A DNA stretch of 64,000 nt from Gemmatimonadales bacterium. GTDB taxonomy: Bacteria; Gemmatimonadota; Gemmatimonadetes; Gemmatimonadales; GWC2-71-9. Below are positions 47,435-56,786 of this stretch, one piece after another. The notes beneath the pieces were generated by a model. The model saw nothing but the letters and a program-made list of their open reading frames with translations, did not search any database and was not told the DNA's origin. Numbering within the stretch: the stretch's first letter is position 1; each line of letters begins with the position of its first letter. Where the stretch lies: the NCBI GenBank assembly GCA_050733195.1, contig JBOHSH010000045.1, positions 16,088-80,087 on the forward strand. Reading direction: 5' to 3'. Made by a program: the position numbers and the translations under genes.

Positions 47435-49009
47435 GTGACGACCTGCCCCGCGCTCCGGTGCCTGCTCTGCCTCGCCCTCGTGCCAGGTGTGGATGCCCGG
47501 GCGCAGCGGGCGCGTCTGGGCAGCGTGTCGTTTCCCACCAGCGCGGGTCCCGCGGCGCAGGCCGAGTTCGTCACCGGCGTTCTCTGGCTCCACAGCTTCG
47601 AGTACGACCGAGCCGCAAACGCCTTCCGGAACGCGCAGCGGCTCGAGCCGGGGTTCGTCCTGGCCTACTGGGGCGAGGCGATGACCCACACGCATCCCGT
47701 CTGGAACGAGCAAGACCCGACTTCTGGCCGTGAGGTTCTGGGGCGCCTGGGTCCGAGTACCGCGGTCCGCCTCGCCAGGGCGCCGACGCGCCGAGAGGGG
47801 CTGTACCTGGAGGCGGTGGAAGCGCTGTACGGTGAGGGCTCCAAGGCGCGCCGGGACACCCTCTACGCGCACGCCATGGAGCGTCTGGTCCGGGAGCATC
47901 CGGAGGATCACGAAGCGAAGGCGTTCTACGCGCTCGCGCTGCTGGGCCAGAACCAGGGCGTGCGGGACACGACGACGTATCTTCGCTCCGCGCCGTATGC
48001 CGACACGGTGTTTCGCGCGAATCGCTCGCACCCGGGAGCCGCGCACTACCTGATCCACGCGTACGACGATCCGTTCCATGCGCGGCTGGGTCTCGAAGCG
48101 GCCCGGGCCTACTCCGGGATCGCGCCCGACGCGCCGCACGCCCAGCACATGACGACCCACATCTTCCTTGCGCTCGGGATGTGGGAAGAGGTCGTGAGCC
48201 AGAATCGTATCGCCCTGCACCACGCGCCGCGGGCGCCCGGCCACTACAGCAGCTGGCTGCATTACGGCCTGCTGCAGCAGGGCCGAATCGGGGAGGCGAC
48301 GCAGCTCCTTGTCCGGCTCGGCGGCGATCTCCCCCGCACGGCGGGTCAGGGGCCTCATACGTATCGCAGCGTTATGCGCGCGAGCCATCTCCTCCACGCG
48401 AAGGAGTGGCGCGGAGGACCGGCGGAATGGCAGCTGCCGCACGACCGAATGGCGCCGGCGGGACAGGCGGTGGACGCCTACCTCCGTGGAGCCATCGCCT
48501 TCCGGCGGCGAAACGGAGGAATCCTCGCGGCCGCGGGAGCGGAAGTCGCGCTGCTCGCCGCCCGCGTTGAGGCGGATGCTCTCGGGGCAGGCGGCCCGGA
48601 AGTCCGGCAGGTCCGCGTCATGGCCCGCGAGCTGGGAGCGATGCTGCTGTTTCTCAACGGCTCGCGCGACGGCGCCGTGCGGGTTATGCGGGAGGCCACG
48701 ATCCTGGAAGACGCGATTCCACTGGAGTTCGGCCCGCCGGTCATCGTGGAGCCTTCGCACGAGCTGCTCGGCACGATGCTGCTCGAAATGGACCCGAAGG
48801 CGGCCCAGCTCGAGTTCGAGAAAGCTCTGGTGCTCGCGCCGGGACGGGCGCTCGCGCTGGAAGGTCTGGTTCGCGCCTCGGTGGCGGCCGGTGACCGGGA
48901 CACCGCGCGCCGCGCGCTGGACTCGTTGAGCACCGTGTGGCGGGAGGCCGATCCCCGGATCCGGGACGACCTCGAGGTGCTCCGCCGCACGGTGAGCCGG
49001 ATGCGTTAG
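47435..49009 (+). CDS. secreted TPR-like repeat protein, function unknown
   Basis: 524 aa starting at GTG, with a signal-peptide-like N-terminus (LRCLLCLALVPGVDARAQ). Helical-repeat composition (A/L/R/E rich, with recurring A..Y..AL...G motifs). No catalytic motif recognised. Confidence 0.7.
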   Translation: MTTCPALRCLLCLALVPGVDARAQRARLGSVSFPTSAGPAAQAEFVTGVLWLHSFEYDRAANAFRNAQRLEPGFVLAYWGEAMTHTHPVWNEQDPTSGREVLGRLGPSTAVRLARAPTRREGLYLEAVEALYGEGSKARRDTLYAHAMERLVREHPEDHEAKAFYALALLGQNQGVRDTTTYLRSAPYADTVFRANRSHPGAAHYLIHAYDDPFHARLGLEAARAYSGIAPDAPHAQHMTTHIFLALGMWEEVVSQNRIALHHAPRAPGHYSSWLHYGLLQQGRIGEATQLLVRLGGDLPRTAGQGPHTYRSVMRASHLLHAKEWRGGPAEWQLPHDRMAPAGQAVDAYLRGAIAFRRRNGGILAAAGAEVALLAARVEADALGAGGPEVRQVRVMARELGAMLLFLNGSRDGAVRVMREATILEDAIPLEFGPPVIVEPSHELLGTMLLEMDPKAAQLEFEKALVLAPGRALALEGLVRASVAAGDRDTARRALDSLSTVWREADPRIRDDLEVLRRTVSRMR

Positions 49010-49503
49010 GGAGCCGCGGGCAGGGTCGTCTCGGCGATCTTCCGCTCCTGATCCCGCCGGAAGGCCGTCAGCTTCTCCGCCAGCTTCGCATCCGACCTCG
49101 CCAGCATCGCCACGGCGAACAGCGCCGCATTGTGCGCCCCCGCCTCTCCGATCGCGAACGTCGCCACGGGAATCCCCGCCGGCATCTGGACCGTCGAGAG
49201 CAGGGAATCGAGTCCCTGCAAGTGGCGGCTCGGCATCGGCACCCCGAGGACCGGGAGCGTAGTCCCGGCCGCCATCACCCCGGCCAGGTGCGCGGCCCCG
49301 CCGGCCGCCGCGATGATGCACTGCAGCCCGCGGGATGCAGCATCCGCCGCATATCGATGGGCGAGGTCGGGACTCCGATGCGCGGAGACGACACGAGCTT
49401 CGCATTCGACGCCGAAATCCTGAAGCCGTCGGACAGCATGCTGCATCACCTCCCAGTCGGAGGCGCTGCCCATCAGGATACCCACCTTTGGGGAACCCGC
49501 CAT
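49006..49503 (-). CDS. purE: 5-(carboxyamino)imidazole ribonucleotide mutase
   Basis: The C-terminal 165 aa of the 1194 aa shadow ORF: MAGSPKVGILMGSASDWEVM...VVSAHR.P...AAGGAAHL.GV.A..T..PV.GVP. The ATG at 49503 was confirmed on the plus strand (cat at 49501-49503). Confidence 0.95.
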   Translation of the reverse strand: MAGSPKVGILMGSASDWEVMQHAVRRLQDFGVECEARVVSAHRSPDLAHRYAADAASRGLQCIIAAAGGAAHLAGVMAAGTTLPVLGVPMPSRHLQGLDSLLSTVQMPAGIPVATFAIGEAGAHNAALFAVAMLARSDAKLAEKLTAFRRDQERKIAETTLPAAP

Positions 49504-49734
49504 TGAGTCCCTCGGTGCTCGAGTGGATAGGGGTTTGACGTGGCGCAAGATGGCTGTCGGCGTCGCGGGGATCAAGCAGGATTCGGCGCCTTTCAGCACC
49601 CCGTCGGGGGAATCCCGACCAAGGGTCCGAAGCGCAAGTCCAAGCTCAACATACGATAACCAGCGGAGCCCGGGCGTGGTACGTCCGTTGCACCTCGGGA
49701 GCGGGATTCCCGACCGAGACCCGGAAGGAACTGC

Positions 49735-52701
49735 ATGCGCTGGCGGCCCCAACACAAGTCTCCCCCCAGGGGAGGCGAGTCCAATGGACTGCTCAGGAGC
49801 CGGTTCGGCCGGCGCCTGCTCGGGCTGTTCGTCGTGTGCGCCCTGCTTCCGACGAGCCTCGTAGCGATCCTGTCGTTCCATTCGGTTGCCGACCAGCTGT
49901 CCAGCCAGAGCGAGGACCGCCGCCACGCCCTGGTCGGCTCGATCGGCCGCACGATCTACGACCGGCTCCTGGCTCTGGAATCGGATCTGCGCGGCGCCGA
50001 TCTCCGGCCATCCGCCTGCTCGAGCGCCGCGTCCCGCCGGGATCCCGACGCCATCGACGACGCCTGCGGGCTGGGGGCGCTCGCCGTCGGCCTGCGTTCG
50101 CTCGTGGCCGTGCCGGACCGGGGCCCGGTGAGGCCGCTCTTCGGGGAGCTCGACAGCTCGCTGCTCGGCACATTTCGCGATTCGCTCCGGCCCGTCCAGA
50201 GCGCCGTGCTCACGGGACGCAACGCGGCGGGCGAGCCGACCATCTACCTCGCGCACCGCAAGTCCGGATCGGCCGGGGGGTACGTGCTCCTCGGCGAGGT
50301 CTACCTCCCCGCCATCTGGGGGGAGGGCGACGAGCACGCCCTTCCCGCTTCGATGCGGCTCACGGTCTGGGACCCCGGAAGCGGGGCCCTGCTCCACTCT
50401 GCGGGAGACACGCTGGTGGTACCGCCCGCGGTGCTCGGCGCGATGCAGCGATCGCCGACGGGCGCCTTCGAGTGGCGTGGCGAAGCGACCCGCTCCGTCG
50501 CCACCTACTGGTCGCTTCCGCGCACCCGTCGATTCCGCATGCCGGAGCTGCGGGTGGTCTTGAGCGAGCGCGCCGAAGACGTCATGGCGCCGATGGCGCA
50601 GTTCTCCAACACGTTCCCGCTGGTGCTCCTCGCCTCGATCGGCCTGGTCGTGATTCTCGGACTGAGCCAGATCCGCCGCAGCGTCCTCCCGCTGGGCGAG
50701 CTGCAGCGCGGAACCAGCCGGATCGCGCACCGGGAGTTCGACAGCCGCGTGCAGATCACGAGCGGCGACGAGCTCGAAGACCTGGCCGGAGCGTTCAACA
50801 CGATGGCCTCGCAGCTCGGCCGGCAGTTCCGGGCGCTGTCCACGGCCGCGGAGCTGGACCGGGCGGTGCTGTCCTCGGTGGACACGACCCGCATCGTCGA
50901 CACGGTCCTGGCAAAGCTCCCGGAGCTCTGCGCCTGTGAAGCCCTCGCGATCACGCTCTTCGACGCCTCCCCGGGCTCCGCCGGCGCCGCGACGGCGTGG
51001 GTGGCGGAGCCGGGCGGACCGGTCCGGCGCTGGCCTGTGCCGATCGAAGTCCCGGCGGCGGAGCTCGACGCCGTGCGTGCGTCGCGCGAGCGGCTCGTCG
51101 TGGAGGCGGCGGAGTCCGCTGCCCCGGCGTACCTGCGGACGCTCGCCTCGGACCCGCCGCGCACCGTCGTCGTGTTCCCGCTGTTCTACCGGGACGAGCT
51201 CCTGGGACTGCTGCTGTTGCGCATGGATGCCGCGCAGCTCGCCCAGGAGGAGGAGGAGCTGCTGCAGGCGCGGCGGCTGGCGGATCAGGTCGCCGTGGCG
51301 CTCGCCAACGCGCGCATGGTGGACCAGGTCCGCTTCCTCGCCTTCTACGACAGCCTGACCCGGCTGCCGAACCGGGTTCTCTTCAAGGAACGCCTGGCGC
51401 AGGCGATCGCGCGGGCCGCGCGCCGGCAGAAGCTGGTGGGCGTCTGCTTCCTCGATCTCGACCACTTCAGCCGGATCAACGACACGCTGGGCCACGAGAC
51501 GGGCGACCGCCTCGTGCAGGACGTCGCGGCCCGGCTGACCGCCTGCACGCGGCGGGGCGACAGCGTGGCGCGCTTCGGCGAGGAGCCGGCGATCGAAGTG
51601 GCGCGCCTTGGAGGAGACGAGTTCACCGTCATGCTGCCCGACCTCGACGAGCCGCAGGACGCGGTTCGGGTCGTGCGCCGGATCCTCGAGTCCTTCACCC
51701 AGCCGTTCCGTCTCGGCGGGCACGAGGTGTTCGTCACCACCAGCGCGGGTGTCGCGATCTATCCCTTCGACGGCAGCGACATCGAGGATCTGCTCAAGAA
51801 CGCCGACGCGGCGATGTTCAACGCGAAAGAGCAGGGACGCAACGTCTACCGGCTCTACTCGGCCTCGATGAACGCCGAGGCGGTGGATCGCCTGCGCACG
51901 GAGCAGCAGCTGCGGCGCGCGGTCGAGAGCGGCGAGTTCACGATGCACTACCAGCCCATCCTCGATTCCCAGTCCGGCCGGATCACCGGCGCGGAAGCCC
52001 TGGTGCGCTGGCAGCACCCGGATCTCGGCCTCGTTTTCCCGGGCTCGTTCATCAAGCTCTGCGAGGAGAGCGGGCTGATCGTGCCGCTCGGCACCTGGAT
52101 TCTCCGCTCCGTGTGCGAGCAGAGCCGGGCCTGGCGCGAGGCCGGCCTGGGCCCGCTGACGATCTCGGTCAACCTGTCGGGACGCCAGCTGCACTCCGAG
52201 GAGCTGGTGGGGACGGTGCAGGAGGCGCTGCGCGCGACCGGCACGCCGCCGGAGTCTCTGGTGCTCGAGCTCACGGAGAGCATGCTGATGGATCCGGCGG
52301 GCCAGGTCGGGGCCACGATCCGCGAGCTCGCCGGTCTCGGGGTCGGGCTCGCGATCGATGACTTCGGCACCGGCTATTCGTCGCTCAGCTACCTCAAGCA
52401 CTTCCCGGTCGGCACCGTCAAGATCGACCAGTCGTTCGTCGCGGACGTCACGGAGAAGGCGGACGCCGCGGCGATCGTCACCGCCATCATCGCGCTGACC
52501 CGAGCGCTCGGCATGGACGTCGTCGCGGAAGGCGTCGAGACCGAGAGCCAGGCCGCTTTCCTGCGAAAGCACGGCTGCACCAAGCTGCAAGGATTCCTTT
52601 TCGGGCGGCCTACGACGCCGGAGGGATTCTCTGCGGGTGCGGAGGAGTCGCTTCGAGCCGTCACGGCTCCGGGCGGCCGGTCGAAGGCCGCCCGGCGCTG
52701 A
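49735..52701 (+). CDS. membrane-bound GGDEF-EAL signalling protein with periplasmic sensor, HAMP and GAF-like regions
   Basis: 988 aa. Two TM segments flank a domain of about 260 aa. HAMP (DELEDLAGAFNTMASQL), a GAF-like segment, GGDEF (RLGGDEFTVML), and EAL (EALVRWQHP, DDFGTGYSSL, VAEGVET). Confidence 0.9.
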   Translation: MRWRPQHKSPPRGGESNGLLRSRFGRRLLGLFVVCALLPTSLVAILSFHSVADQLSSQSEDRRHALVGSIGRTIYDRLLALESDLRGADLRPSACSSAASRRDPDAIDDACGLGALAVGLRSLVAVPDRGPVRPLFGELDSSLLGTFRDSLRPVQSAVLTGRNAAGEPTIYLAHRKSGSAGGYVLLGEVYLPAIWGEGDEHALPASMRLTVWDPGSGALLHSAGDTLVVPPAVLGAMQRSPTGAFEWRGEATRSVATYWSLPRTRRFRMPELRVVLSERAEDVMAPMAQFSNTFPLVLLASIGLVVILGLSQIRRSVLPLGELQRGTSRIAHREFDSRVQITSGDELEDLAGAFNTMASQLGRQFRALSTAAELDRAVLSSVDTTRIVDTVLAKLPELCACEALAITLFDASPGSAGAATAWVAEPGGPVRRWPVPIEVPAAELDAVRASRERLVVEAAESAAPAYLRTLASDPPRTVVVFPLFYRDELLGLLLLRMDAAQLAQEEEELLQARRLADQVAVALANARMVDQVRFLAFYDSLTRLPNRVLFKERLAQAIARAARRQKLVGVCFLDLDHFSRINDTLGHETGDRLVQDVAARLTACTRRGDSVARFGEEPAIEVARLGGDEFTVMLPDLDEPQDAVRVVRRILESFTQPFRLGGHEVFVTTSAGVAIYPFDGSDIEDLLKNADAAMFNAKEQGRNVYRLYSASMNAEAVDRLRTEQQLRRAVESGEFTMHYQPILDSQSGRITGAEALVRWQHPDLGLVFPGSFIKLCEESGLIVPLGTWILRSVCEQSRAWREAGLGPLTISVNLSGRQLHSEELVGTVQEALRATGTPPESLVLELTESMLMDPAGQVGATIRELAGLGVGLAIDDFGTGYSSLSYLKHFPVGTVKIDQSFVADVTEKADAAAIVTAIIALTRALGMDVVAEGVETESQAAFLRKHGCTKLQGFLFGRPTTPEGFSAGAEESLRAVTAPGGRSKAARR

Positions 52702-52702
52702 C

Positions 52703-52729
52703 GCCGCCCGCCCTTCGGGAAGCGGCGGC
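52703..52729. terminator. short GC hairpin between convergent genes (possible bidirectional terminator)
   Basis: GCCGCC (52703-52708) pairs with GGCGGC (52724-52729) around an inner CCC-TTC-GGG element. It fills the whole 28 nt gap between two stop codons. No U-tract. Confidence 0.3.
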
Positions 52730-55393
52730 CTAGACGGTCGCGCGGGTGCGGTTCATGGTGCCGCGCTCGGCGAGCGCGGCCTGGGCGGCGGCGAGACGGG
52801 CGATCGGGACGCGGAAGGGCGAGCAGCTCACGTAGTTCATCCGCTGGGCCTCGCAGAAGGCGATCGCGGCCGGCTCCCCTCCGTGCTCGCCGCAGATCCC
52901 CACCTTGAGATCCTGCCGGGTCTTCCGGCCCAGCTCCAGCGCCATGGCGATCAGCTTGCCCACGCCCCCCGTGTCCAGCTCGATGAAGGGGTCGTACTCG
53001 ATGATGTTCCGCTCGAGATAGGCCGGGAGGAACACCCCGGCGTCGTCGCGCGAGAGCCCCCACGTGGTCTGGGTGAGGTCGTTGGTGCCGAAGGAGAAGA
53101 ACTGCGCTTCGCGGGCGATCTCGTCCGCGGTGAGGGCGGCTCGGGGGAGCTCGATCATCGTGCCGAGGAGGTAGGGCACCGTGATCTGGCGCTGGCGGAA
53201 CACTTCCTCGGCGACCTGGCGGACGATCAGCGCCTGCTGGCGGAACTCCACCACGTGCGCCACGAGCGGGATCATCACCTCGGGCTGGACCCGCCCTTTG
53301 CGCGCGGCCACGGTGCAGGCGGCCTCGAAGATGGCGCGCGCCTGCATCGCGGTGATCTCGGGATAGATGATGCCGAGCCGGCAGCCCCGGAGGCCGAGCA
53401 TCGGATTCACCTCGGAGAGGGCGGCGATGGTGCGCTCGACGTCGCGCACCGGAGTGCCCATCTCCGCGGCAAGCGCGGCGATCTCGGCGGGGTCCTTGGG
53501 AAGGAACTCGTGCAACGGGGGGTCGAGCAGCCGGATCGTGACCGGGTAGCCCTCCATCGCGCGGAAGATGCCCTCGAAGTCGTTCCGCTGCATCGGCAGG
53601 AGCTTGGCGAGCGCCCGCTCGCGGCCTTCCAGGTCGCGCGACAGAATCATCTCCCGCATCGCGGAGATGCGGTCGCTCTCGAAGAACATGTGCTCCGTGC
53701 GACACAGACCGATGCCCTCGGCGCCGAAGTCGCGGCCCCGGTGGGCGTCGGCCGGCGTGTCGGCGTTGACCCGCACGCGCATGATGCGCATCTGGTCCGC
53801 CCACCCCATCAGCCGGGAGAAGTTCCCCGAGAGCTCCGGCGCGATGAGCCGGGCCCGGCCGGAGAAGACGCGCCCCGAGCTGCCGTCCACCGTGATCCAG
53901 TCTCCCTCGGCCACGCGCCGGCCGTTCACCCGGAAGGCCTGGTCGTCCTCCACGGCGATGTCGTTCGCGCCGGCCACGCAGGGCTTGCCCATGCCCCGCG
54001 CGACCACCGCCGCGTGAGAAGTCATGCCACCGCGCGCCGTGAGGATGGCCTTCGCCAGGACCATCCCGTGAAAGTCTTCCGGACTGGTCTCGCGGCGGAC
54101 CAGGATCACCGCCTCGCCCTTGCGGCCCAGCGCCTCGGCCCGGTCGGCGTCGAACACCGCGGCGCCGGACGCGGCGCCGGGCGATGCGGGAAGCCCGACG
54201 GTCAGGAGATCGAGCGCTGCCTGTGGATCGATCGTCGGGTGGAGCAGCTGATTCAGGTCGTTGGGCGGAACCCGCGCGACGGCCTCCTCCTCGGAGATGA
54301 ACCCTTCATCCACCATCTCCACGGCGGTGCGCACGGCGGCGTGGCCGGACCGCTGGGCCCGCCGGGTCTGGAGCATGTACAGGCGGCCGCGCTCGATGGT
54401 GAACTCGAGGTCCTGCACGTCCCGGAAGTGACGCTCGAGCGTGCGGGTCACCCGCTCGAGGTCGGCGTAGGCGTCGGGAAGCTGCTCCTTCAGCTGGGCG
54501 ATCGGCTGCGGGGTGCGGCTGCCGGAGACGACGTCCTCTCCCTGGGCGTTGAGGAGGTATTCGCCGTACAGCACCCGCTCACCCGTCGATGGATCCCGGG
54601 TGAAGGCCACCCCGGTGCCCGAGTCCTCGCCCATGTTCCCGAAGACCATCGCCACCACGTTCACCGCGGTGCCCATGGTGTCGGGGATGTCGTGGAGCTT
54701 CCGGTAATCGATCGCGCGCCGGGTGTTCCAGCTCTCGAACACGGCGGTGATGGCCGCCCACAGCTGGTCCATCGGGTTCTCGGGGAAGGTCTTCCCGCTC
54801 TCCCGCCGGACCAGCTCCTTGAACTCGGCGGTGAGATCGCGAAGCGTCTCCCATTCGAGGTCGATGTCGCGCGCCACGCCGGCGGCCTTCCGGCGCCCCT
54901 CGAGCGGCTCCTCGAAGACCCGCCGGGGCACGTCGAAAACCACCCCGCCGAACATCTGCACGAACCGGCGATAGGTGTCGTAGGCGAACCCCGCGTTGCC
55001 GCTCATCGCGCGGAGCCCTTCGACGGTGGTGTCGTTGAGGCCGAGGTTCAGGATGGTCTCCATCATACCGGGCATCGAGAGCGCGGCCCCTGAGCGCACG
55101 GAAACGAGGAGCGGCTCGCGGCTCCCTCCGAAATGGCGTCCGGTGGCGGCCTCGAGCCGGCCCAGCGCCGCTTCGATCTCGGGCTTGAGCCGCGGCGGGA
55201 AGCTCCTGGTCTCGAGGAAGGTGGTGCAGAGCGTCGCCGCGATCGTGAATCCCGGAGGGACCGGAATGCCGAGGTTGGTCATTTCGGCGAGCCCGGCGCC
55301 CTTGCCGCCGAGCACGTCCTTCATGGCCGCGGTGCCCTCGGCGCGGCCCTGCCCGAAGAAGTAGACGAGCGCCTGCGGGGCGGTGGCCGTCAC
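52730..55393 (-). CDS. ppdK: pyruvate, phosphate dikinase
   Basis: GTG 55393 gives VTATAPQALVYFFG..GKGAGLAEM. Phospho-His region GGMTSHAAVVARG and PEP-utilising C-terminus (CGEHGG). 887 aa. GTGA overlap with purF. Confidence 0.95.
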   Translation of the reverse strand: MTATAPQALVYFFGQGRAEGTAAMKDVLGGKGAGLAEMTNLGIPVPPGFTIAATLCTTFLETRSFPPRLKPEIEAALGRLEAATGRHFGGSREPLLVSVRSGAALSMPGMMETILNLGLNDTTVEGLRAMSGNAGFAYDTYRRFVQMFGGVVFDVPRRVFEEPLEGRRKAAGVARDIDLEWETLRDLTAEFKELVRRESGKTFPENPMDQLWAAITAVFESWNTRRAIDYRKLHDIPDTMGTAVNVVAMVFGNMGEDSGTGVAFTRDPSTGERVLYGEYLLNAQGEDVVSGSRTPQPIAQLKEQLPDAYADLERVTRTLERHFRDVQDLEFTIERGRLYMLQTRRAQRSGHAAVRTAVEMVDEGFISEEEAVARVPPNDLNQLLHPTIDPQAALDLLTVGLPASPGAASGAAVFDADRAEALGRKGEAVILVRRETSPEDFHGMVLAKAILTARGGMTSHAAVVARGMGKPCVAGANDIAVEDDQAFRVNGRRVAEGDWITVDGSSGRVFSGRARLIAPELSGNFSRLMGWADQMRIMRVRVNADTPADAHRGRDFGAEGIGLCRTEHMFFESDRISAMREMILSRDLEGRERALAKLLPMQRNDFEGIFRAMEGYPVTIRLLDPPLHEFLPKDPAEIAALAAEMGTPVRDVERTIAALSEVNPMLGLRGCRLGIIYPEITAMQARAIFEAACTVAARKGRVQPEVMIPLVAHVVEFRQQALIVRQVAEEVFRQRQITVPYLLGTMIELPRAALTADEIAREAQFFSFGTNDLTQTTWGLSRDDAGVFLPAYLERNIIEYDPFIELDTGGVGKLIAMALELGRKTRQDLKVGICGEHGGEPAAIAFCEAQRMNYVSCSPFRVPIARLAAAQAALAERGTMNRTRATV

Positions 55394-56784
55394 CGGGTGA
55401 TCCCGGCCAGCGGGTGGTGCTCGCCGCCGCGGCCCGCCTCGGCGCCGACCGGGATCGGGTAGGCGCCGGAGAAGCAGGCGTGGCAGAAGCCGCTGCGGGT
55501 GCCGGCGGCCCGCAGCATGCCCTCGAGGGAGAGGTAGCCGAGCGTATCCACCCCCAGGAAGTCGCGGATCTCGTCCACCGAGTGCGACGAGGCGATGAGC
55601 TCCTCCTTCGTCGGGGTATCGATGCCGTAGTAACACGGGCCCGTGATGGGCGGGGACCCCAGCCGGAAGTGCACTTCCCGTGCCCCGGCGGACCGGATCA
55701 TCTGGACCAGACCCTTGCTCGTCGTCCCCCGGACCAGCGAATCGTCCACGACCACCACCGACCGGCCGGCGATGACCTCGCGCACGGGGTTGAACTTGAT
55801 CTTGACCTTGGCGACCCGGAGCGCCTGGCTCGGATTGATGAACGTCCGGCCGACGTAGTGGTTCCGGATGAGGCCATGCTCGAGCTTGAGGCCGCTCTGC
55901 TCGGCGAAGCCGAGCGCCATCGCGTTGCTCGAATCGGGAACGCTGAAGACCACGTCGGCCCCCGCCGCGGGGTGCTCGAGGGCGAGCTCGCGGCCCAGCT
56001 CGCGCCGGACCCGGTCGACCGATTCGCCGAACACCGCGCTGTCCGGGCGGGAGAAGTACACCAGCTCGAACACGCACCGGCTCATCGGCTTGGGCGGAAG
56101 CGGCGCGAGCGCTTTCACCACGCCGGCCGCGATCCGCACGAATTCCCCGGGCCGGAGCTCCCGGATGACGCTCGCGCCGATGAGGTCGAGGGCGCACGTT
56201 TCGGAGGCGACGACGACGCCGTCGCCGAGCCGGCCGAGGACGAGGGGGCGGAACCCCCGCGGATCGACCACGGCATACAGCGTTCGCCCGACCGCGATCA
56301 CGAGGCTGAAGGCGCCCTCGACCCGGCTCAGCGCCTCCCGGATCTGGGCTTCGGGGTCGGCGCCGGGTGCCCGGGCGATCAGATGGACGATCACTTCGGA
56401 ATCCGACGACGACTGGAAGATCGCGCCTTCCGCCACGAGCTCGCGCTTGAGCTCGGCGGCGTTGGTCAGGTTGCCGTTATGGGCGAGCGCGAGGGGCCCG
56501 CAGCGATAGTTCGCGAGACACGGCTGAGCGTTGGTCAGGATGGAGCTGCCCGTGGTGGAGTACCGCGTGTGGCCCACGGCGACGTCGCCCGACAGCTCCC
56601 GGATGTGCGGCTCCTCGAAGATCTCGCCCACCAGGCCCATCCCCTTGTGACTCCGGGGCAGGCCGGCCGCGTCGATCGTCACGATGCCGGCGCTCTCCTG
56701 GCCGCGATGCTGCAGCGCATAGAGCCCGAGGTACGCCAGACGCCCGGCGTCGGGGATCGCGGAGACGCCGATGATGCCGCACAT
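55390..56784 (-). CDS. purF: amidophosphoribosyltransferase
   Basis: MCGIIGV N-terminal nucleophile Cys, HTRYST.G, and the PRT motif VVVVDDSLVRGTT. 464 aa. Confidence 0.95.
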   Translation of the reverse strand: MCGIIGVSAIPDAGRLAYLGLYALQHRGQESAGIVTIDAAGLPRSHKGMGLVGEIFEEPHIRELSGDVAVGHTRYSTTGSSILTNAQPCLANYRCGPLALAHNGNLTNAAELKRELVAEGAIFQSSSDSEVIVHLIARAPGADPEAQIREALSRVEGAFSLVIAVGRTLYAVVDPRGFRPLVLGRLGDGVVVASETCALDLIGASVIRELRPGEFVRIAAGVVKALAPLPPKPMSRCVFELVYFSRPDSAVFGESVDRVRRELGRELALEHPAAGADVVFSVPDSSNAMALGFAEQSGLKLEHGLIRNHYVGRTFINPSQALRVAKVKIKFNPVREVIAGRSVVVVDDSLVRGTTSKGLVQMIRSAGAREVHFRLGSPPITGPCYYGIDTPTKEELIASSHSVDEIRDFLGVDTLGYLSLEGMLRAAGTRSGFCHACFSGAYPIPVGAEAGRGGEHHPLAGITR

Positions 56785-56786
56785 TC

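Noticed and set aside
47041-47574. 177 aa minus-strand ORF overlapping the tmRNA gene, and the 716 aa ORF 47255..49405
   Set aside because: One lies antisense to a structural RNA and the other antisense to the TPR-like gene. Both translations are low-complexity.
47318-49009. Genomic island or prophage integrated at the tmRNA 3' end
   Set aside because: There is no integrase, no duplicated ssrA 3' segment and no compositional shift downstream. The next gene is an ordinary high-GC secreted protein followed by purE.
49504-49734. Purine, ZTP or c-di-GMP riboswitch in the purE / GGDEF-EAL spacer
   Set aside because: I could not align the region on either strand to the conserved cores of these classes from memory. 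It is kept only as an unassigned structured region in the findings.
49504-52590. Upstream 1029 aa of the 1194 aa minus-strand ORF whose C-terminus is purE
   Set aside because: Only the last 165 aa (from ATG 49503) match PurE. The rest is antisense to the GGDEF-EAL gene and to the intergenic region.
52637-55093. 818 aa plus-strand ORF opposite ppdK, and similar ORFs at 56865..59261 (opposite purL) and 55414..57060 (opposite purF)
   Set aside because: They are antisense shadows of strongly conserved enzymes, with no independent motifs, start context or spacing.
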